Positions 9,446 through 18,078 of a DNA stretch of 64,000 bases are shown here, piece by piece; the first letter of the stretch is position 1; each line of letters begins with the position of its first letter. The notes under the pieces were generated by a model. It was given only the letters and a program-made list of their open reading frames with translations, was not told the origin of the DNA and ran no database searches. The DNA is taken from the IMG/VR virus record IMGVR_UViG_3300046660_000716, positions 62,001 through 126,000 of that record; one strand, written 5' to 3'. The position numbers and the translations under genes are program-made.

Positions 9446-11955
9446 CCAACATGGCAGACAGCAGCATCATCGACGGCGAACTGGAGGACATGTTCCGCCT
9501 CAAGTACACCGCCTTCGCCAAGTCCAGCAACGGCCGCGCCATCCCGGACGCGCGCGACGGCCAGAAGCCCGTGCACCGCCGCGTGCTCTTCCAGACCCTT
9601 CAGACCGCTCCGCCGAGCCGCGGCACCGTCAAGTGCGCCTCCATCGTGGGCAACGCGCTGGGGAACTACCACCCGCACGGCGACACGTCGGTGTACGACG
9701 CGATGTGCCGGATGGTGCGCCCCTACGCCAACAACGTCACCATGATCGTCGGCCAGGGCAACTTCGGCGCCATCGACGGCTCGTCCGCGGCCGCCATGCG
9801 CTACACCGAGGCCAAGCTGGACCCGCTGGCCAACTGGCTGATGATGGACGGCGTGGACGAGGGCGCGGTCCCGATGGCGCCGAACTACGACGGCCGCCTC
9901 ACGGAGCCGACGCTGCTGCCCGTGAAGATGCCCATGCTGCTCCTGAACGGCGTGCCTGCCGGCTCGATTGGGGTCGGCTTTGCCTCCGTCATCCCCTCCC
10001 ACAACGCGGCCGAGCTCGCGACCGCCTCGAAGTACGTGCTGCAGTGCATGGCGGCCGGCGTGGAGCCGCTGCTGGCGGACATCCTGACCGCGATGCCAGG
10101 CCCGGACTTCCCGACCGGCGGCACGGTGAGCTCCGCCGAGGAGATCGCCCGCATGTACGAGACGGGCCGCGGCCTGCTCAAGATCCGCGCCACCGCGAAG
10201 TGCGAGGACGGCGAGGGCCGCTCCGGCGGCCGCATCGTGATCACCTCCATCCCCTACGCCCAGAACACCACGTCACTGGTCGAGGAGATCATGGACGCCA
10301 AGCTGGGCAAGAAGCTGGCCGCCGGCAAGGGCCGCGCGGAGCCCCTGGTCCCGGAGGTCAAGGACGTCCGCGACGAGACCACCACAGACCGCGTGACCAA
10401 GCAGGTCAAGGTGCGCATGGTCATCGAGGTCAAGGCCGGCGAGGACCCGCGCGTGACGCTGGAGAAGCTCTACATCAACACGTCGCTGGAGACCACCTTC
10501 GCCGCCAACATGGTCGCGCTGGACGAGGAGGGCCAGCCGATCATGCTGACGCTCGTCGAGGCCATCACGCGCTGGGCCAACTTCCGCGCCGAGTGCGTGC
10601 GCCGCCAGGCCGCCGCCGACCTGGAGCGCGCCCGCGACCGGGAGCACGTCATCAACGGCCTCGTGGCCGCCATCCCGAAGATCGAGGACGTCATCTCCGT
10701 GGTCAAGGGGTCGGAGTCCGAGGAGGTCGCCAACTACCAGCTGCGCGTTCTCATTCCCTGCACCAGCAAGCAGGCGACCGCCATCCTGGCCATGCGCATC
10801 AGCCGCCTCACCGGCCTGCGCACCGAGGAGCTGGAGGCCGAGCGCGTCGAGCTGCACAACCGGGCGAACGACCTGATCGTGCTGCTGACATCCCAGGAGG
10901 CCGTCATCGCCCACATCGAGCGCGAGCTCGACGAGGCGTCAGCGAAGCTCGCCCGCCCGCGCCGCACGGTCATCGCCGAGTTCAGCGCCACGGGCGACCC
11001 GCGCGACCTGGTGGTCCCCGAGCACTGCCTGGTGCAGGTCACCGGCCGCGGCTACCTCAAGCGGTCGCAGGCCGACGAGTTCCGCACCCAGCTGCGCGGT
11101 GGCAAGGGCAACAAGAAGGCCACCGTCAAGGTCAAGGACGAGGACGTGCTGCAGTCGGTCGTCGGCTGCCACTCGCACGACCGCCTCTTCGCCGTGACGG
11201 ACGGGGGCGCGGTCGTGCGGCTTGAGGCCCACGAGGTGCCGGTCGTCAGCGCCGGCCGCCACGCCGCCAACCTCGGCTTCGAAGAGGGCGAGCTGGTCCG
11301 GGCGCTGCTGGTCAGCCCGTGGCCGGTGCCGGAGGAGGCGCAGGCCGTCTTCGCTACCACCGACGGCGAGGTCAAGCGCGTCGCCATGCCGGACCTGTCC
11401 AGCAAGATGACAAAGCGTCTGGTCTTCTTCCGCTCCGCGACGGAGAGCAACATCCGCGGCGGCATCGAGCTGCCGACCGGCGAGACCTCCGGCGACGTGT
11501 TCCTCGCGTCGGCGCACGGCCAGGGCACGCGCTTCGCCCCGAGCGAGGTCCGCCTGTCCAAGCGCGACAGCGGCGGGGTCCGCGGCATGGACCTCCGCGA
11601 GGACGACCGCCTGGTCTCCATCGGCCGCATCGACTCGGAGGACCAGCTGATCCTCTGCGTCACCAGCGACGGCATCGGCAAGCGCACCGCGTCGTCCGCG
11701 TTCCCCACCCAGGGCCGCGGCAACAAGGGCCGCATCCTGATCCGCCCGCGCCCCGGCGCCGAGCTGGTCCAGGCGCTGGTGGTCCGCGACGCCGACAGCG
11801 TGCTGATCGCGACGAAGGACGGCGTGACCGTCCGGATCCGCGTAGGCGAGGTCAAGGAGCTCGGCCGCTCAGCGATGGGCGTCAAGCTGATCGCCCTGAA
11901 CAAGGGCGACGTCGTCGTGTCCGCGGCGATCCTGCCGCTGGACGACGAGGAGTAA
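9442..11955 (+). CDS. gyrA: DNA gyrase subunit A
   Basis: RAIPDARDGQKPVHRR, YHPHGDTSVYD, GQGNFG, catalytic AAMRYTE, GPDFPTGG, GyrA-box QLRGGKG and beta-pinwheel blades. True start is ATG 9442. Confidence 0.95.
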   Translation: MTNMADSSIIDGELEDMFRLKYTAFAKSSNGRAIPDARDGQKPVHRRVLFQTLQTAPPSRGTVKCASIVGNALGNYHPHGDTSVYDAMCRMVRPYANNVTMIVGQGNFGAIDGSSAAAMRYTEAKLDPLANWLMMDGVDEGAVPMAPNYDGRLTEPTLLPVKMPMLLLNGVPAGSIGVGFASVIPSHNAAELATASKYVLQCMAAGVEPLLADILTAMPGPDFPTGGTVSSAEEIARMYETGRGLLKIRATAKCEDGEGRSGGRIVITSIPYAQNTTSLVEEIMDAKLGKKLAAGKGRAEPLVPEVKDVRDETTTDRVTKQVKVRMVIEVKAGEDPRVTLEKLYINTSLETTFAANMVALDEEGQPIMLTLVEAITRWANFRAECVRRQAAADLERARDREHVINGLVAAIPKIEDVISVVKGSESEEVANYQLRVLIPCTSKQATAILAMRISRLTGLRTEELEAERVELHNRANDLIVLLTSQEAVIAHIERELDEASAKLARPRRTVIAEFSATGDPRDLVVPEHCLVQVTGRGYLKRSQADEFRTQLRGGKGNKKATVKVKDEDVLQSVVGCHSHDRLFAVTDGGAVVRLEAHEVPVVSAGRHAANLGFEEGELVRALLVSPWPVPEEAQAVFATTDGEVKRVAMPDLSSKMTKRLVFFRSATESNIRGGIELPTGETSGDVFLASAHGQGTRFAPSEVRLSKRDSGGVRGMDLREDDRLVSIGRIDSEDQLILCVTSDGIGKRTASSAFPTQGRGNKGRILIRPRPGAELVQALVVRDADSVLIATKDGVTVRIRVGEVKELGRSAMGVKLIALNKGDVVVSAAILPLDDEE

Positions 11956-11962
11956 AACCACA

Positions 11963-11985
11963 CGGGGTATCCTCCGGGATGCCCC
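11963..11985 (+). terminator. hairpin after gyrA (no T-tract)
   Basis: CGGGGTATCC-tcc-GGGATGCCCCG; coordinates approximate. Confidence 0.4.
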
Positions 11986-12006
11986 GTTCACACACAGGAG
12001 CACCGA

Positions 12007-13026
12007 ATGAGCGACAAGAACTACAAGCAGATGACGACGCCGCAGCTGAGCAACGAGTACGCTCGTCGCCTCGGACCAGGTCACGTCTTTCTGAGCCCCG
12101 ACGAGGCCGGCTTCCGCAACGAGATGGTCGCCGCGCTGGAAAAGCAGGACGCCGTGGACCTGCCCGGCGAACTCGACGAGTACATGCAGATGCCGCTGAG
12201 CGCCCTGGAGAGCCTGGCCGTGCGCTACGACCGCCACTCCTACACCAGGCTCAGAGAAGTGCACGAATCGAGCCGGGGCAAGGAATCGGAGCTGCGCGCC
12301 GCCCACACCTTCCGCATGGCCATGGTCGCGCTGCTGAAGGGTCTGACGGTCGCGAAGGTCGAAGAGAATGTGGCTGAGGCCGGCAACCGCCGCATGACCC
12401 AGGCCGAGTCCGAGGCGATGGACGCGCCCACCGACATGACGGACGAGAAGGCTCGGCTGATGGCGGTGCAGATGAAGGCGCGCGCCAGGCCGGTGATCTT
12501 GAAGAGCTCCCTGCACAAGATCGTCGACACGCGACCGCGTCGCCGCCACGGGGGCGCGCCCCTTCCGAAATTCCTGCGGGAGGCGCTGAACCCGGCGTAC
12601 GGAGACGGCACGGTCGAAGGCGAGGTGCAGGTTCATATCGCGCAAAGTCGCAGAGCAGCCATCGAAGTTAAAGCCAACTTGACCTCCAGCGAGGTGCATC
12701 ACGTGGGGCTGGCAATCGACGCGCTGCTGTGCGGCTACTCGGGCGCATTCGTCGCGAGCGTCGACACCGACGACCGCGGCATCGTGATCGGCGCCGACTA
12801 CGAGGTCGGCTCGATCGAGTCCGACAGCAAGGGCGCTTCCGTGCGCGCCAGCGCCGAGGACGCCATGTACGACATCGTTTTCGACGACACCGAGGCGTCC
12901 GGCACGCTGAAGCTCGTGCGTCTGGTCCTGCTCGTGATGCTGCCGAACGGCCACGTCGCGCCGTGGGAGCCGCGGAGCACCAAGCCGTCCACCCGTGTGG
13001 CGTTCTGCAACCAGTACTACGCCTGA
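12007..13026 (+). CDS. hypothetical protein, C-terminal paralog family C domain
   Basis: TDDRGIVI..YDIVFD..LLVMLPNGHVAPW, shared with 19458 and 20822. Confidence 0.8.
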   Translation: MSDKNYKQMTTPQLSNEYARRLGPGHVFLSPDEAGFRNEMVAALEKQDAVDLPGELDEYMQMPLSALESLAVRYDRHSYTRLREVHESSRGKESELRAAHTFRMAMVALLKGLTVAKVEENVAEAGNRRMTQAESEAMDAPTDMTDEKARLMAVQMKARARPVILKSSLHKIVDTRPRRRHGGAPLPKFLREALNPAYGDGTVEGEVQVHIAQSRRAAIEVKANLTSSEVHHVGLAIDALLCGYSGAFVASVDTDDRGIVIGADYEVGSIESDSKGASVRASAEDAMYDIVFDDTEASGTLKLVRLVLLVMLPNGHVAPWEPRSTKPSTRVAFCNQYYA

Positions 13027-13059
13027 TCAACAACGCAACACCAACCGAAGGAGAATGAA

Positions 13060-13572
13060 GTGAACACCGAATCCAATACCGAAGTGGCGGTCGCGTCCCT
13101 GAAGCTGTCCGGCCAGAAGTCCATGGTCGTCGCGTCCCTGTACTCGTGCCGGGAGTCCAACGGCTACAGCGTCCAGTCGGACGGCTGGCGCGCGCTGGTC
13201 GTGCCGACCGAATTCCTCGACCTGCTCTCCGAGGGCGACAGCCCCGTTTCCAAGACCGACGTCACCAACGGCCGCGAGCTGGACTTGGCCAACAATCCGA
13301 CCGCTTACGCCGACCAGATCGGCCTGGAGTTCGACACCACTCAGGACCAGTACGACGACTTCGAGCTGTGGCTGGCCGACGGCGAGTCCAAGCTGGGCGC
13401 CCTGTTCGGCCGCTGCGAGCTGCTGCCGAACGAAGTGACGAGCCTCGTCAGTATGTGCGGCGACGTCGAGCAGGCCGCCAAGATGGCGCTGTCGGCCGGC
13501 CAGGGCATGGCAAACACCCGCTTCACCGGAAAGCCCGTCTTCTTCGGCCTCTGCATCCACTGGGACAACTGA
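13060..13572 (+). CDS. hypothetical protein, paralog family A copy 1
   Basis: Aligns by eye with 14088..14609 over its full length. Confidence 0.8.
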   Translation: MNTESNTEVAVASLKLSGQKSMVVASLYSCRESNGYSVQSDGWRALVVPTEFLDLLSEGDSPVSKTDVTNGRELDLANNPTAYADQIGLEFDTTQDQYDDFELWLADGESKLGALFGRCELLPNEVTSLVSMCGDVEQAAKMALSAGQGMANTRFTGKPVFFGLCIHWDN

Positions 13573-13573
13573 T

Positions 13574-14086
13574 ATGAACTCCATCCAAGACGTATACAGT
13601 CAGCTCGACACCAACACGCTGGGGCACCTGCTGTCCGAGCGCGCCCCCGCGGTGGCGGCCTCCGTCACCGCCCATGCTGTGCACCGCCGTCGCGAGCTGC
13701 TGACGGCACTGCGCAAGCTGGCGGAGCCAGGCCGCGTCGATACCATGAGCATCATTCCGGTCCGGCGCGGCTCGTTTGTCGATGCTGTACTCGCAGTAAT
13801 CGGCACGCGCGTGATCGTGTCGCCGGTGGAACCGGACGAGGACGGCAATCTGAAGCTGCTGCCGGACTCGACAGGCCAGCTGATGATCGACGACGATCTG
13901 ATCTGCCTGCTCCCGGTCGTCGCAGCCTACGTCACTACCAAAGGCCACCTGACGCTCCTGGCCGACCACCCGGAGCGTGGCTGGATCGAGTTCGCCGTCA
14001 CCGCCGCGGAAGAGGACGATCACATCCTGCCGCTGGAGCCGAAGCAAGTCAAGATCATGTACAACCTGAACGTGAAAGAAGACTGA
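13574..14086 (+). CDS. hypothetical protein, paralog family B copy 1
   Basis: FVDAVLAVIGTRVIV..GQLMI..VAAYVTTKGHL. Confidence 0.8.
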   Translation: MNSIQDVYSQLDTNTLGHLLSERAPAVAASVTAHAVHRRRELLTALRKLAEPGRVDTMSIIPVRRGSFVDAVLAVIGTRVIVSPVEPDEDGNLKLLPDSTGQLMIDDDLICLLPVVAAYVTTKGHLTLLADHPERGWIEFAVTAAEEDDHILPLEPKQVKIMYNLNVKED

Positions 14087-14087
14087 C

Positions 14088-14609
14088 ATGGGCGCAGCAC
14101 AAATGGATCTGAACCTCGCCGAGCGCGACGACCTGAGCGTCGGCGAGACGCTCGACATCATCAACAGCGGCGAGATGGTCCTCGTCGCGGCGGTCATCTA
14201 CTCGATGACCGAGCAGACCGGCTGGACCACCGTGATCAACGGCATCGTCGTGGCCCTGGTGCCACCGACGTTTCTCGGCATGCTCACGCACGGCAGCGAC
14301 GTGCGCGTGCTGGGCATCGATTACAAGCTGGACCTGGTGAACGAGCGCACGGTCGCCTCGGACTACTGCGCCCTCGACTTCGAGAGCGAGCACGAGCAGG
14401 CCGAAGACTTCGCCACGTGGGTCACCGGGCAGGACAGCGCGTTCGAGGAGGCGCTTGGGATGGCCACCATGCTGCGCCGCGTAACCGGCACCGACGCCGA
14501 GTCGATGGCCCAGGCGTTCCACGACGTCCCGGAGGCGCTCGAGCACGCGCTCGGAACCGAGCTGGCGGACTGCGTCCTGCCGTTCGCCCTGTGCGCAAAC
14601 TACGGCTAA
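14088..14609 (+). CDS. hypothetical protein, paralog family A copy 2
   Basis: Aligns by eye with 13060..13572. Confidence 0.8.
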   Translation: MGAAQMDLNLAERDDLSVGETLDIINSGEMVLVAAVIYSMTEQTGWTTVINGIVVALVPPTFLGMLTHGSDVRVLGIDYKLDLVNERTVASDYCALDFESEHEQAEDFATWVTGQDSAFEEALGMATMLRRVTGTDAESMAQAFHDVPEALEHALGTELADCVLPFALCANYG

Positions 14610-14621
14610 GGGGGATTCGTC

Positions 14622-15017
14622 ATGCATACAGTGACCCAGGACATGCTGTCCCTAATTCGCCCGGAGCATTTGAACCCGCTGGTACGGCGTGTGATCGCTG
14701 AGCTGGGGCAGTACGTCACGATCAAGATGGAGGACGAAGTCGACGACATCGCCGACGAAACCAACGAGTACGAGTTCCCCGAGCGCACCGCAAATACGCT
14801 GCTTTGCGGCGGCGAGGACTCGTGGGGTGCGCTGGTCGGCGCCTTCGTCCTCGAGGGCGAATTTGTGATCGCAGCCAACTTCGGCGACGACGGCGTGGTC
14901 TTCTACTCGCTGTCCGGAACCGAATCACCGCTGTGCCACGTCAGCAATGTGCTCTCAGCCAAGGACATCATCATCGGCCGATCGCTCGACGAGCTCAACC
15001 CGGAACTGGCAGAATGA
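14622..15017 (+). CDS. hypothetical protein, paralog family B copy 2
   Basis: LVRRVIAELGQYVTI..SWGALVGAFVLEGEFVIAANF. Confidence 0.8.
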   Translation: MHTVTQDMLSLIRPEHLNPLVRRVIAELGQYVTIKMEDEVDDIADETNEYEFPERTANTLLCGGEDSWGALVGAFVLEGEFVIAANFGDDGVVFYSLSGTESPLCHVSNVLSAKDIIIGRSLDELNPELAE

Positions 15018-15433
15018 GCGCCACTGAGACCATCAGCCTGGGAACCGGCATCGCCGAGGGGAACAGGACGCGGCTCGTCGAGTCCGTGCTGAACTACCTC
15101 GGCGACAAGGTGATCATCACCACGGACGACGAGGGACTCAAAACCTACGAGATGGCCACGCCGCACCGCGGGCGCCTCATGGTCAGCGAGGAAGGCGCAT
15201 GGGGCGAGGTCATCGGCGCCTACACGGAGAAGGGCCACCTGGTCATGGTGGCCCGGTTCAGCGACCCGGAGTCGCTGGAAGTCCAGGATGACCCGCTCCG
15301 CGGCGTGTTCACCTTTTCGATCACGAAGATCCACGAGTACTATCCGACCGCGTTCACCCGGCCGCGCGTGCTGAAGGGTCACGAGATCTGCGTCTTCAGC
15401 ACGATCGCCGAAATCTACCCGGAGGCCGCGTGA
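15014..15433 (+). CDS. hypothetical protein, paralog family B copy 3
   Basis: LVESVLNYLGDKVII..GRLMV..AWGEVIGAYTEKGHLVMVARF; ATGA overlap. Confidence 0.8.
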   Translation: MSATETISLGTGIAEGNRTRLVESVLNYLGDKVIITTDDEGLKTYEMATPHRGRLMVSEEGAWGEVIGAYTEKGHLVMVARFSDPESLEVQDDPLRGVFTFSITKIHEYYPTAFTRPRVLKGHEICVFSTIAEIYPEAA

Positions 15434-15840
15434 GCTGGCAGCAGGGGCGGCTCGTCACGCTACAGGAGATACTGGAATCGGCCACGTCGGTCCTGCCGTC
15501 GCGCTTTCAGATCGCCGATCCAGTGTGGGTCTGGGTCAACGAGGAGCACGGCTTCGAGCGCCCGATCGAGGGAGTGATAGTAGGCGCGTCGTTCGGCCTG
15601 CTCGGACGGATGTCCTACAGCATCGCTTTCCGCATCGGGACTGGACCGTACTACGCCGTCGCCACCGGCGTGCGCGGCTGGCTCACATCCCCGGGTGAAT
15701 CCCTATCGCCGGAGGACGGCCTTGTCGAAGTCACGAAAATCGAGGGCGCCGTGAGGAGTGTGAAGGCCGTCGAGCGCCGCGCTTCTATGCGCATCGTACC
15801 ACCTCCCGGCACGCCGCCGGAACCGGAGGAACCGGATTAG
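15430..15840 (+). CDS. hypothetical protein
   Basis: GTGA overlap; last gene before a terminator. Confidence 0.7.
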   Translation: MSWQQGRLVTLQEILESATSVLPSRFQIADPVWVWVNEEHGFERPIEGVIVGASFGLLGRMSYSIAFRIGTGPYYAVATGVRGWLTSPGESLSPEDGLVEVTKIEGAVRSVKAVERRASMRIVPPPGTPPEPEEPD

Positions 15841-15843
15841 ACG

Positions 15844-15871
15844 GATGCGGCCGAGCGCCGCATCTTTTTTT
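15844..15871 (+). terminator. intrinsic terminator
   Basis: GATGCGGC-cgagc-GCCGCATC plus T7. Confidence 0.85.
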
Positions 15872-15898
15872 CACGAGTTGAGCCCCTCCGCTTATGAG

Positions 15899-15906
15899 CA
15901 TATCAT
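15899..15906 (+). promoter_or_regulatory. CATATCAT motif
   Basis: Lies after a terminator and before SD/ATG 15941. Confidence 0.65.
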
Positions 15907-15940
15907 TCCTGTGAGACTAACCCACACAAAGGAGAACCAC

Positions 15941-16381
15941 ATGTCACTATCACCAGCAAACACGCAGCAGACCGACCCGCGCGTCCGCGCCAGCGCCCAC
16001 GACGACCTCAAGATTCTCGCCAAGGCATGTCTGGTCACCGCCAACCTGGCGGACAGCCTGATGTCGCGCAACATGGTCGCGTCCCTGTACGCGGACGGCA
16101 TCGGCGAGGCGCTGACGGAGTACTTCATCGGCGACCCGTTCACCCGCACCGAGGTGGACTGCGCCGGGGCGCTGGTCAAGGCAGCCTTCGAAGAGGCGGA
16201 CGTTGGCCCGCTGGTGAACCGCTGCGGCGACCTGGAAGTCACCTACGGTGAAGATCTGAACAGCGACGACGCCGTCGAGAACCAAGCGTGCATGATCCGC
16301 ATCCGCTTCGAGGCCCGCTCGACCAAGCGCCGCCACTGCATCGAGGTGCCGTTCGGCTGCAACGGCGCGAGGCGCCTGTGA
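15941..16381 (+). CDS. hypothetical protein
   Basis: SD AAGGAG before ATG 15941. Confidence 0.75.
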   Translation: MSLSPANTQQTDPRVRASAHDDLKILAKACLVTANLADSLMSRNMVASLYADGIGEALTEYFIGDPFTRTEVDCAGALVKAAFEEADVGPLVNRCGDLEVTYGEDLNSDDAVENQACMIRIRFEARSTKRRHCIEVPFGCNGARRL

Positions 16382-16698
16382 CCGGTCTGCCAGAAGCCAT
16401 GTTCCCCACCAGCGGTCCGACCGTCATCTCCGAGCACATCGATGACTACGTCAAGGGCATGCGCCATGAGGACGGTCGCGTCGAGATCTTCATCAAGTCG
16501 GACTTGGTGATCGCATTTCCGACCCAGGAAGCAGCCCTCGCCAAGCTCAACGAGATGGCGCCGGACATGAAAAACCGCGGCCACTTCATCCGCGTCGTCG
16601 GCCGCCGCACCATGCGGTCCTACGACGTGAAATCTATGGTCCGGGTGCTCCGCAAGATCCTGAAGCCCATCAAGCCACCGAAAGCGAAGAAAGCATGA
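16378..16698 (+). CDS. hypothetical basic protein
   Basis: GTGA overlap. Confidence 0.65.
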   Translation: MTGLPEAMFPTSGPTVISEHIDDYVKGMRHEDGRVEIFIKSDLVIAFPTQEAALAKLNEMAPDMKNRGHFIRVVGRRTMRSYDVKSMVRVLRKILKPIKPPKAKKA

Positions 16699-17234
16699 AG
16701 AAGATGAACCAAGAGAAGGGTCCGGCCTACGTGGACTTCAGCCGCGAGACCATGTACCCCGTCGTGCGCGCCGTGCTTGCGGCCACGCGGTTCTCCGGCC
16801 ACATCTACAACCTGGAGCGCGTAGACCATCCGGTAACGTCCGACGCGCTCTGCGCCGAGGCGGTCCGCGTGCTCAAGGCGGCAGGATACACCGACCGCGT
16901 GTACAACTGCATCACGCCGCGCATGACGCTGCAGCGCGAGGGCTTCCCGTGGGAGTACGCGGAAGTGGAGGTCGACCTGCGCAAGTTCGCCCACGGCGAC
17001 GACGCCTGCCAGCATGAGTACATCCGCCTGTACTGGGAGGAGGGCGGCGGCGCGATGGACAGCGGCACGCCGCACACGTATATCATGTGCATGCGCTGTG
17101 CCAAGAGCCCGGTCCTGCCGAGCATCGGCACACGCCGCAAGCCCGGCGCCGGGCTGACCGTGGAGCGCGTGCCAGCTCCGCCCAGCCTCTGGCGTCGCGT
17201 CCTGCAGTTCCTGAACCCCTGCGACAAAACGTAA
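16695..17234 (+). CDS. hypothetical protein (CQH..CMRC motif)
   Basis: ATGA overlap; 179 aa. Confidence 0.75.
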   Translation: MKKMNQEKGPAYVDFSRETMYPVVRAVLAATRFSGHIYNLERVDHPVTSDALCAEAVRVLKAAGYTDRVYNCITPRMTLQREGFPWEYAEVEVDLRKFAHGDDACQHEYIRLYWEEGGGAMDSGTPHTYIMCMRCAKSPVLPSIGTRRKPGAGLTVERVPAPPSLWRRVLQFLNPCDKT

Positions 17235-17246
17235 AGGAAGCAATCA

Positions 17247-17594
17247 ATGAAAAAAGTGATCTACGTCGCGCTGGCCCTGGCCTTCGCGCTCCCGGCACAC
17301 GCCGGATTCGTCACCGGCGTGATCGTCGGGAGCGCGATGTCCGACAAGGGCAAGAAGCCTCCGGGCGACTCCATGGTCGTGGCCTCCGACACCCACGACG
17401 TCCTGGTCTGCGTGCGCAAGCGAGACAGTCCCGGGCTGTGCAACGACGTGTGCTTCTGGGACGAGGCCAAGAGGATCAACCGCTGCCTGACGCCGGCCGA
17501 GTACGCGGGTCGCGCCGGCTACAAGACGCTGCACCGCGTCGGCGCCGCGTTCCACGACGGGACGAGCTACATCACCATGGAGGTCTCCCGCTAG
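17247..17594 (+). CDS. exported Cys-containing protein
   Basis: Signal peptide MKKVIYVALALAFALPAHA. Confidence 0.75.
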   Translation: MKKVIYVALALAFALPAHAGFVTGVIVGSAMSDKGKKPPGDSMVVASDTHDVLVCVRKRDSPGLCNDVCFWDEAKRINRCLTPAEYAGRAGYKTLHRVGAAFHDGTSYITMEVSR

Positions 17595-17631
17595 GGGACT
17601 CCGACCAACCATAACCGAAGGAGAATCACCA

Positions 17632-18078
17632 ATGACCGAACAAGACCAACTCATCCAGAAGCTGGAGGCGGTCGGCGCCTCCACCGAGGAGATGAAGTCC
17701 ATCGCCAAGGACCTGAAGACGCCGGTCTGTCCGTACGGCTGGATCATCGACATCGACCACATCCCGAGTGAGGGCGCGGCCGAAGGCACCAACAGCAACG
17801 CCAAGGGCATGATGGGGCCGCGTGGCATCAACGACGACGTCGCGGCCCTCCTGAAGCTCGGCTCCGGCCGCGAGTTCCGCATGTACGACGACGACGCCGA
17901 GCTGTACTACACCGGCCGCATCATCGTCCGCGGCGACCCGTGCAGCACCGGCGATATGAAGAGCGACGCCTTCGGCGAGGAGTACTTCGCGCCGCTGGAC
18001 GACTTCGGCATGCCGAACGCCGGCGCCGTCCGCATCGACTACCAGAATGCCGGAAGCGGCAAGTGGGAGACGCTGTGA
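17632..18078 (+). CDS. conserved phage hypothetical protein
   Basis: FRMYDDD..LYY.G..PLDDFGMPNAG motif, recalled from other phages. Confidence 0.8.
   Translation: MTEQDQLIQKLEAVGASTEEMKSIAKDLKTPVCPYGWIIDIDHIPSEGAAEGTNSNAKGMMGPRGINDDVAALLKLGSGREFRMYDDDAELYYTGRIIVRGDPCSTGDMKSDAFGEEYFAPLDDFGMPNAGAVRIDYQNAGSGKWETL

Noticed and set aside
1-11955. Bacterial chromosome or topoisomerase IV interpretation
   Set aside because: Divergent split RNAP and PolB, a T4-like portal, a tail fibre and dense small ORFans indicate a jumbo phage. The GyrA-box and GyrB insert argue against ParC/ParE.
9176-17086. CATATCAT at 9176 and TATATCAT at 17079 inside CDSs
   Set aside because: Explained by His/Tyr-Ile-Met codons, so not counted. 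They could still be internal promoters for gyrA and 17247.
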